Shown here piece by piece: positions 50,406-57,141 of a stretch of DNA of 57,141 nt. A program made the translations under genes and the position numbers. The stretch is from positions 1 to 57,141 of the forward strand of contig JAFZRR010000043.1 of assembly GCA_017619815.1 (NCBI GenBank), read 5' to 3'. The stretch's first letter is position 1. Each line of letters begins with the position of its first letter. The notes under the pieces are model-generated. The model was not told the DNA's origin. It did not search any database and worked only from the letters and a program-made list of their open reading frames with translations. Source of the stretch: Bacilli bacterium. GTDB taxonomy: Bacteria; Bacillota_I; Bacilli_A; RFN20; CAG-826.

Positions 50406-51032
50406 GTGGAAGAAGAAAAGAAAGTTGCTGAACAAGTCTCAGCAGAAGCTGCTCCAGTTGAAGAAGCTCCAAAAGAAGGTCGTGAAAATCGTCGTCCAAG
50501 AGGTGACCGCAACGACAGACGTCCAAGAGATGCCAAACGTGGCGATCGTCGCGATAGAAGAGACGAACCAAAAGAATTTGAAGAACGTGTTGTCTTCATT
50601 AACCGTGTTAGCAAAACCGTTAAAGGTGGCCGTAGAATGAAATTCTCCGCCCTCGTCGTTGTCGGCGATGGCAAAGGCCGTTATGGATTCGGTGTCGGTA
50701 AAGCCGCTGAAGTCCCAGATGCAATTAAAAAAGCATCCGAATCTGCGAAAAAGAACTTATTTAACATCCACTTAGTGAAAGGTGGAACCATCTCTCACGA
50801 AGTCGTTGGTAAATACGGTGCTTGTAATGTTTATCTAAAACCTGCCCCAGAAGGTACTGGTATTATCGCCGGTGGCCCAGTTCGTGCGGTCTTAGAATTA
50901 GCAGGTGTTCGTAACGTTTGCTCTAAAGTTTATGGTTCCAGAGCTCCAATTAACATCATTAGAGCTACAAACCAAGGCTTGAACAACCTCAAGAGCTACA
51001 AAGAGACAAGATCTCTTCGTGGCAAAGAATAA
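50406..51032 (+). CDS. rpsE: 30S ribosomal protein S5 with ~55-aa N-terminal extension (GTG start)
   Basis: [13 protein letters not shown] and [12 protein letters not shown]; AAGGAGG RBS. Confidence 0.97.
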   Translation: MEEEKKVAEQVSAEAAPVEEAPKEGRENRRPRGDRNDRRPRDAKRGDRRDRRDEPKEFEERVVFINRVSKTVKGGRRMKFSALVVVGDGKGRYGFGVGKAAEVPDAIKKASESAKKNLFNIHLVKGGTISHEVVGKYGACNVYLKPAPEGTGIIAGGPVRAVLELAGVRNVCSKVYGSRAPINIIRATNQGLNNLKSYKETRSLRGKE

Positions 51033-51080
51033 TAAAAATATCTCAATTAGATATAAAATAATTGAATAGGAGGTGCACAT

Positions 51081-51521
51081 ATGAAATTACATGAACTTCA
51101 AGTAGCCGAAGGCGCTCGTAAGGAACATTACCGTAAAGGTCGTGGTCTTGGTTCCGGTAACGGCAAAACAGCCGGTAAAGGACATAAAGGTCAAAACGCT
51201 CGTAGCGGTGGTGGCGTCGCATTAGGTTTCGAAGGTGGTCAATTACCACTCTTCAGAAGATTACCAAAACGTGGCTTCAAAAATGTAAATCATGTCAATT
51301 ATGCCACCATTAACGTCGGCGATCTCAACAGATTCGAAGACGGTACAGTGGTTTCCTCAGCATTACTAAAAGAAAATGGATTATTATCCAAGGAATATGA
51401 TGGCTTAAAGGTTTTAGGTGGAGGTAAACTCGAAAAGAAATTAACCGTCCAAGCCAAAGCCTTCAGCAAATCCGCTGAAAAAGCCATTAGTGATGCCGGT
51501 GGCAAAATTGAGGTGATCTAA
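51081..51521 (+). CDS. rplO: 50S ribosomal protein L15
   Basis: [25 protein letters not shown] and FEGGQLPL. Confidence 0.99.
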   Translation: MKLHELQVAEGARKEHYRKGRGLGSGNGKTAGKGHKGQNARSGGGVALGFEGGQLPLFRRLPKRGFKNVNHVNYATINVGDLNRFEDGTVVSSALLKENGLLSKEYDGLKVLGGGKLEKKLTVQAKAFSKSAEKAISDAGGKIEVI

Positions 51522-51523
51522 TT

Positions 51524-52885
51524 ATGAAGAAAATTGGTCAAATTCTCAAAAACAAAGAAATCATGAATCGTATCATGTTTACGATTCTCATCCTCATCGT
51601 ATTCCGTATTGGTGCGCAGATTACAGTACCAGGTGTTACATTAGGTGATGACTTACAGAATTATCTCGATAGTTCTTATGCCTTATCCTTAATGAACTTA
51701 CTTGGTGGTGGAACTCTTCAAAGTTTCTCCATCTTCGCACTTGGCGTGAGCCCATACATTACTGCTCAGATTATCGTTGAATTATTATCAACAGATGTCT
51801 TACCAGCATTAACTGAACTCAAACGTCAAGGTCAAAGCGGAAGAAAGAAGATCGAACTTGCAACCCGTTACTTAACTCTTATGTTAGGTGCGGTTCAAGC
51901 ATATGGTATTATCCAAACCATGAAATCTAGTGAAGCAATTACATTTGTAACCGCTTCTCAAGAATGGCTCACATACATCTACATCATCGTTATTATGATG
52001 GCAGGTTCTATGATTGTCATGTGGCTTGGTGACCAAATCTCAGTTAAAGGTATCGGTAACGGTATTTCCATGATTATTTTCGCGGGTATCGTTTGCTCCT
52101 TACCTTCACAAATCGGAAATGCCTTCTCATTATGGGTTGGTAACTCCGCGCTTCAAGGACAAGGCGACTCTGCACGTATTGCAGGTATCTTCAAATTCTT
52201 GTTATACATCCTCGCTTATGTCTTAATTATTTCCTTCGTTACATTCATCGAACTCTCTAAGAGAAAGATTCCAGTGCAACATTCAGGAAAAGGCGGTGGA
52301 CAAACACAAAGTATGTCCCGCGCCAGCTTCTTACCAATTAAGGTGAACTCCGCCGGTGTCATTCCTGTCATCTTCGCGAGCTCCATCTTAATGGCACCAA
52401 GCGTCATCGTCGCATTCGTCGATGCTGAGCATAGTAGTGATACATGGTTAGGTATCTTCCAAACCAGTACCTTATACGAAATGCCAGGCGGATGGAAAAT
52501 GCCATGGGGCTTAATCATTTACTTGGTTCTCACCATTGCATTTACATTCTTCTACGCGAATGTCCAAATCAATCCTCAACAACTCGCTGAGAACTTCCAA
52601 AAGAACGGATCTTACATTCCTGGTATCCATACCGGTAATGAAACAGAACGTTACGTGAGAAAAGTTCTTAATAGAGTTACCTTCATAGGTGCGATGGCCT
52701 TAGCGTTAATTGCTGCTCTTCCAGTAGTGTTAACACTTACAGTCTTTAAAGACAATCCATCATTAGCCTTAGGTGGTACCGGATTAATCATCGTTGTCGG
52801 TGTCGCATTAGAAGTTAACAATCAAATCGACGGCTTACTCGCAGGTAAATCCTTCGATGAAGTCGTGGCTGGTGGAGGTCGTTAA
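51524..52885 (+). CDS. secY: Preprotein translocase subunit SecY
   Basis: FSIFALGVSPYITAQII, GIGNGISMIIFAGI, AGVIPVIFA and GGTGLIIVVGV. Confidence 0.99.
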   Translation: MKKIGQILKNKEIMNRIMFTILILIVFRIGAQITVPGVTLGDDLQNYLDSSYALSLMNLLGGGTLQSFSIFALGVSPYITAQIIVELLSTDVLPALTELKRQGQSGRKKIELATRYLTLMLGAVQAYGIIQTMKSSEAITFVTASQEWLTYIYIIVIMMAGSMIVMWLGDQISVKGIGNGISMIIFAGIVCSLPSQIGNAFSLWVGNSALQGQGDSARIAGIFKFLLYILAYVLIISFVTFIELSKRKIPVQHSGKGGGQTQSMSRASFLPIKVNSAGVIPVIFASSILMAPSVIVAFVDAEHSSDTWLGIFQTSTLYEMPGGWKMPWGLIIYLVLTIAFTFFYANVQINPQQLAENFQKNGSYIPGIHTGNETERYVRKVLNRVTFIGAMALALIAALPVVLTLTVFKDNPSLALGGTGLIIVVGVALEVNNQIDGLLAGKSFDEVVAGGGR

Positions 52886-52887
52886 TT

Positions 52888-53538
52888 ATGTTAAAAAATA
52901 TCATCTTAATGGGCCCTCCAGGTGCGGGCAAAGGCACCTTAGCCAAACAATTAAAAACAGCCTTTAATCTCACACATATCTCTACAGGCGATATGTTTAG
53001 AGAAAATATTAAAGGTGGAACCGAACTCGGTCTTCTTGCTAAAAAGTATATCGATGACGGCCATCTCGTCCCTGATGAAGTGACAATTGGTATGCTCAAA
53101 GATAGACTAGCGCAAGATGACTGTGCCAACGGATTCTTATTAGATGGTTTCCCAAGAACTCTTCCACAAGCGGAAGCTTTAGAAAAGTTATCTAAGGAAA
53201 TCAATCGTCCAATCGAAGTCGTGGTCAACTTAGATTGTGATAACCAAGAACTCATTAGACGTATCTCTGGTCGTCGCGTTTGTAAAAACTGTGGTGCGCC
53301 ATATCACGTCCAAACCATGAAACCAAAAGTGGAAGGTGTTTGTGATTTATGTGGTGGCCCATTATACCAACGCGCTGATGACAATGAAGAAGCGTTAAAA
53401 GTTCGTTTAGACCATTATGTTCATGACACCAAACCTCTCTTAGACTTCTATAGTCAAAGAGGATTATTAGAGAACTTCAATTCTTTAATGGGTAGTCAAG
53501 AACTCTTCAATCAAGTTTCAACATTTTTAAACAAATAA
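52888..53538 (+). CDS. adk: Adenylate kinase (zinc LID)
   Basis: GPPGAGKGT, HISTGDMFR, LDGFPRT and CKNC..CDLC. Confidence 0.99.
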   Translation: MLKNIILMGPPGAGKGTLAKQLKTAFNLTHISTGDMFRENIKGGTELGLLAKKYIDDGHLVPDEVTIGMLKDRLAQDDCANGFLLDGFPRTLPQAEALEKLSKEINRPIEVVVNLDCDNQELIRRISGRRVCKNCGAPYHVQTMKPKVEGVCDLCGGPLYQRADDNEEALKVRLDHYVHDTKPLLDFYSQRGLLENFNSLMGSQELFNQVSTFLNK

Positions 53539-53539
53539 T

Positions 53540-54301
53540 ATGATTATTACAAAATCTGCTCGAGAAATTAATTTGATGAAAGAAGCCGGTAGAGTGGTGG
53601 GTCTAGTGTTTAAAAAACTAGAAGAAGCCATTCGTCCTGGTATGTCGACGTTAGACATCGATGCGATTGTTGAGTCAACAATGCTCGAAAACGACTGCAT
53701 TCCAGCGGAAAAGGGCTATTACGGCTATCCCGCAAGTGCATGCGTCAGCGTCAATGACACTCTCATCCATGGTATTCCATCTAATAAGATTATTATTAGA
53801 GAAGGCGATATCGTCTCAGTGGATATTGTAGCAACATATAAAGGCTATTCCGCAGATGCGTGCCGCACCTATAAAGTCGGCACGCTCACGGAAAGGGCGA
53901 ATCGAATTGTCGATGTTACCAAACAAGCCTTCTTTGAAGCCTTAAAGGTTGTTAAACCAGGCGCCCACATTGGTGATATCTCCGAAACGATTCAAAAATA
54001 TGTCGAATCTCATGGTTATAACGTCGTCCGCGAATATACAGGTCATGGTATCGGAGCGCACATGCACGAAGATCCAACCATTCCAAACTATGGAAAAGCG
54101 GGCCTCGGACCAGTATTAACAGTAGGTATGGCTCTATGCATCGAACCAATGGTACTTGAAGGTCGTAAAGACATCAGAGTGCTCGGTGATGGATGGACCG
54201 TCAAAAGCAGAGATGGAAAACTCACTGCTCACTACGAAAACACAGTAATAGTTACTGAAGATGGTTATGAAATTATTACCATGTACGAAGGAGAAGAATA
54301 G
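53540..54301 (+). CDS. map: Methionine aminopeptidase type I
   Basis: HGIPS, GDIVSVD, GHGIG..MHEDP, IEPM and AHYENT. Confidence 0.98.
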   Translation: MIITKSAREINLMKEAGRVVGLVFKKLEEAIRPGMSTLDIDAIVESTMLENDCIPAEKGYYGYPASACVSVNDTLIHGIPSNKIIIREGDIVSVDIVATYKGYSADACRTYKVGTLTERANRIVDVTKQAFFEALKVVKPGAHIGDISETIQKYVESHGYNVVREYTGHGIGAHMHEDPTIPNYGKAGLGPVLTVGMALCIEPMVLEGRKDIRVLGDGWTVKSRDGKLTAHYENTVIVTEDGYEIITMYEGEE

Positions 54302-54304
54302 TAA

Positions 54305-54523
54305 ATGTCAAAACAAGATATGATTGAAGTTCAGGCGGTCGTTAAGGAGTGCCTACCAAACGCAAACTTTAAGGTAGAGCTCGAAAACGGCGTCGTAATT
54401 CAGGCCACCGTTTCTGGAAAAATCCGTATGAATTACATACGCATTCTCCCAGGTGATAGAGTTACGGTAGAAATCTCGCCTTATGATTTAACACGGGGCC
54501 GCATAACATTCAGGTTTAAATAA
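54305..54523 (+). CDS. infA: Translation initiation factor IF-1
   Basis: [31 protein letters not shown]. Confidence 0.99.
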   Translation: MSKQDMIEVQAVVKECLPNANFKVELENGVVIQATVSGKIRMNYIRILPGDRVTVEISPYDLTRGRITFRFK

Positions 54524-54549
54524 ACCGTAATTTTAGGAGGAAAAAACTT

Positions 54550-54663
54550 ATGAAAGTCAGACCCTCAGTCAAACCAATCTGCCCAAAGTGCAGAGTGATT
54601 AAGAGAAATGGCAAAGTTATGGTCATCTGCTCTAATCCAAAGCACAAGCAGAGACAAGGTTAA
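54550..54663 (+). CDS. rpmJ: 50S ribosomal protein L36 (not in the ORF track)
   Basis: Manual translation [37 protein letters not shown]; AGGAGG RBS. Confidence 0.99.
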   Translation: MKVRPSVKPICPKCRVIKRNGKVMVICSNPKHKQRQG

Positions 54664-54680
54664 TAGGAGGATAAAGTAAT

Positions 54681-55058
54681 ATGGCACGTATTGTTGGTGT
54701 TGATATTCCTAATGACAAACCAGTCAAAATCGCCCTTACCTATATCTATGGTATCGGTAGATACACCGCCGAACTCATTTGCGAAGGCGCAAAAGTTGAC
54801 GGCATGATCAGAGTTAAAGATTTAACAGATGATCAATTCGGCGCAATCAGAAATGAAATCGCCAAATATAAAACAGAAGGTGATCTTCGTAGAGAAGTTG
54901 CTTTAAACATCAAACGTTTAACAGAAATTAACTGCTACAGAGGATTACGTCATAGAAGAGGCTTACCAGTTAGAGGTCAAAGAACCAAAACTAACGCTCG
55001 TACTCGTAAAGGTCCACGTAAGACCATTGCGAACAAGAAGATGGCCCCACAAGGTTAA
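54681..55058 (+). CDS. rpsM: 30S ribosomal protein S13
   Basis: ALTYIYGIG and [26 protein letters not shown]. Confidence 0.99.
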   Translation: MARIVGVDIPNDKPVKIALTYIYGIGRYTAELICEGAKVDGMIRVKDLTDDQFGAIRNEIAKYKTEGDLRREVALNIKRLTEINCYRGLRHRRGLPVRGQRTKTNARTRKGPRKTIANKKMAPQG

Positions 55059-55076
55059 TGAAAGGAGAATAGAGTT

Positions 55077-55466
55077 ATGGCAAAGAAAACTACAACCCGT
55101 AAAAAGAAAGTCAAACGCTCATTTACTAAAGGTGTCGCCCACATTCATTCCACTTTCAATAACACAATCGTTACAATCTGTGATGAACAAGGTAACGCCT
55201 TAAGCTGGTCTAGCGCTGGTGCAATGGGTTTCAAAGGCGCAAAGAAAGCCACCCCATTTGCCGCCCAACAAGCCGCTGAAGCAGCAGGCAAAGCCGCATA
55301 TGAACAAGGCATCCGTCAAGTTGATGTCGACGTTAAAGGCCCAGGTCCAGGCCGTGAAGGAGCGATCCGTTCCTTAGCAGTCGTCGGATTACAAGTCTTA
55401 TCCATCGTTGATAGCACACCAATCCCACACAACGGCTGCCGCCCACCAAAACGCCCAAGAGGCTAA
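55077..55466 (+). CDS. rpsK: 30S ribosomal protein S11
   Basis: [20 protein letters not shown] and [12 protein letters not shown]. Confidence 0.99.
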   Translation: MAKKTTTRKKKVKRSFTKGVAHIHSTFNNTIVTICDEQGNALSWSSAGAMGFKGAKKATPFAAQQAAEAAGKAAYEQGIRQVDVDVKGPGPGREGAIRSLAVVGLQVLSIVDSTPIPHNGCRPPKRPRG

Positions 55467-55481
55467 TAGGAGGTCTACGAT

Positions 55482-56447
55482 ATGAAAATCGCCAATCCAT
55501 TTGAAAGATTCGGAATTTCCCAAGCCGATTACGACGGTACAGAAAACTACGGTCGTTTCGTCATTGAACCACTCGAAAGAGGTTTTGGTCAAACATTAGG
55601 TAACTCCTTAAGAAGAGTTTTACTCTCAAGTTTACCAGGCGCTTCATTATATGCAGTAGAAGTGGAAGGTGCTCGTCATGAATTCACCGCTTTAGAAGGC
55701 GTTGAAGAAGACGTCACATCCATCATCCTCAACTTAAAAGGTCTCGTCTTAAGAATTCCAGAAGAAGACGATGGCAATAAAAGATTAGAAATCGATGTCA
55801 AAGGACCAGCAGTGGTCACCGCAAAAGATATCGTTCTCCCAGCCGGTGTTGAAGTTGTTAACCCAGATTTAGAAATCGCCCACTTAGTGGAAGGTGGCAG
55901 CTTACACATGGTATTACACGCCCGTAATGGTCGTGGCTATATCACTGGCGAACAAAATAAAACTATCCATACTGGTTTAGCCTTAGGCACAATCAGCACA
56001 GATAGCAACTACTCCCCAGTTAGAAAAGCCAACTATACCGTCGAAAACACCCGTGTGGGACACGATTCTCGTTTCGACAAGTTAACAATCGAAGTTTGGA
56101 CAGACGGTTCCATTTTGCCTCAAGAAGCATTAGCGAAGTCCGCTCAAATCTTGATTGCGCACTTAGACAAGTTCTTAGAAGTTGCTAATATCACACGTGA
56201 TATCAACATCGAAAAAGAAGAAGAACAAGTCGAAGAAAACAAATACGAGAACTTCACAATTGAAGAACTCGATCTCTCAGTTCGTTCTTATAACTGTTTA
56301 AAGAGAGCTGGTATTCAAACCATCTTAGAATTAACAGACAGAACTGAAGAAGACATGATGAAAGTTAAGAACTTAGGTAAAAAGTCTCTCAAAGAAATCA
56401 AAGAGAAACTCACAGCCTATAACTTATCTTTCAAAGATTTCGAATAA
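55482..56447 (+). CDS. rpoA: RNA polymerase alpha subunit
   Basis: EPLERGFGQTLGNSLRRVLLSS, LDLSVRSYNCLKRAGI and NLGKKSL. Confidence 0.99.
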   Translation: MKIANPFERFGISQADYDGTENYGRFVIEPLERGFGQTLGNSLRRVLLSSLPGASLYAVEVEGARHEFTALEGVEEDVTSIILNLKGLVLRIPEEDDGNKRLEIDVKGPAVVTAKDIVLPAGVEVVNPDLEIAHLVEGGSLHMVLHARNGRGYITGEQNKTIHTGLALGTISTDSNYSPVRKANYTVENTRVGHDSRFDKLTIEVWTDGSILPQEALAKSAQILIAHLDKFLEVANITRDINIEKEEEQVEENKYENFTIEELDLSVRSYNCLKRAGIQTILELTDRTEEDMMKVKNLGKKSLKEIKEKLTAYNLSFKDFE

Positions 56448-56461
56448 GGAGGTAACAATTT

Positions 56462-56863
56462 ATGCCAGCACAAGGTAGAAAAAATGTCCATGGTAAAACC
56501 GGCGTAAGATTTAAAGCCGCGTACACCAAGAGCAAATATGAGAATATGCTTCGTAATGTCGTTACTGACTTAATTCTCAAAGGCTCCGTCAAAGTGACTG
56601 AAGCAGTCGCTCGTGACGTCGTTAAAGAAGCAGATCGTTTAGTGACATTAACCAAAAAGGAAGATGTCATGAACGCCAAACGTCAAGCCGCTAGATTCGT
56701 CAGAAATATCTCTAACGAAAAAGGCGTCTCTGCGTTAGATGTATTATTCGCTGAAGTCGGTCCAAGATTCGCATCCCGTCAAGGCGGCTATACCCGTAGA
56801 TTAAAACTCGGTAATAGACGTGGTGATGATGCTCCAATCGTGGTCGTCACTTGGGTTGAATAA
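56462..56863 (+). CDS. rplQ: 50S ribosomal protein L17 (divergent N-terminus)
   Basis: PRFASRQGGYTR..KLGNRRGDDAP; position after rpoA. Confidence 0.95.
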   Translation: MPAQGRKNVHGKTGVRFKAAYTKSKYENMLRNVVTDLILKGSVKVTEAVARDVVKEADRLVTLTKKEDVMNAKRQAARFVRNISNEKGVSALDVLFAEVGPRFASRQGGYTRRLKLGNRRGDDAPIVVVTWVE

Positions 56864-56883
56864 TTAATCAACTAATTACAAAG

Positions 56884-56912
56884 AACCATCAGTTCATTCT
56901 GGTGGTTTTTTA
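56884..56912 (+). terminator. Intrinsic terminator of the ribosomal superoperon
   Basis: AACCATCAG-ttcatt-CTGGTGGTT followed by a T run. Confidence 0.85.
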
Positions 56913-56967
56913 TTATTTCACTGTGGCCAAATATGGTATATAATTTAGTCGCAGGAGGTAAATAACT

Positions 56968-57141
56968 ATGAACATTGTTCCAATGAGAGATCTTAAAAAT
57001 ACCACGAAGATTGAAGCTCTTTGCAAAGAAACAAAAGAAGCGGTTTTTGTAACCAAAAATGGTTATGGCGCTTTAGTGGTCATGGATATGGATCTATATG
57101 AAGAACTATTGCAACAAGCTTATGAAGCAAAGTTAATTAAC
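56968..57141 (+). CDS. Phd/YefM-family type II antitoxin (3' truncated, not in the ORF track)
   Basis: Manual translation MNIVPMRDLKNTTKIEALCKETKEAVFVTKNGYGALVVMDMDLYEELL...; VFVTKNG..LVVM..E is the Phd signature; AGGAGG RBS. Confidence 0.85.
   Translation, partial: MNIVPMRDLKNTTKIEALCKETKEAVFVTKNGYGALVVMDMDLYEELLQQAYEAKLIN

Noticed and set aside
55467-55481. Absence of rpsD between rpsK and rpoA
   Set aside because: This is the normal arrangement in Bacilli and Mollicutes, where rpsD is elsewhere.

Overview
Low-GC bacterial chromosome segment read with the standard code (TGG for Trp). It looks like a reduced-genome gut or rumen Bacilli lineage related to Mollicutes. That placement is inferred from the Bacilli-type alpha operon without rpsD, the zinc-type S14 and L36, and the absence of rpmD from the spc operon. 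The left 41 kb is metabolic and accessory. It holds a molybdenum-cofactor/molybdate cluster (moaA, MoeA-like, moaC, MOSC-MogA fusion, modABC, convergent xdhC; no moaD, moaE or molybdoenzyme in view) and a galactoside locus (MFS and GPH transporters, two GH2, GH36, GH13, galM, galK, a divergent GT-B protein; no galT or galE in view). It also holds glyA, a CASTOR/POLLUX-like channel, a nucleoside hydrolase with ribokinase, rubredoxin, aquaporin, pepT, prs, mntP and tgt-queA-queH. The right 15.5 kb is the S10-spc-alpha ribosomal superoperon followed by the start of a Phd/YefM antitoxin. There are two standout observations. First, the molybdate-binding lipoprotein ModA is a natural circular permutant, with the canonical C-terminal half placed before the canonical N-terminal half. 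Second, several ribosomal proteins carry long low-complexity tails; L3, L22, S17 and S5 share the exact peptide APVEEAP, and L22 and L5 share the same N-terminus. I saw no tRNA, rRNA, CRISPR array or transposase. All family calls are by motif recognition, not database search.
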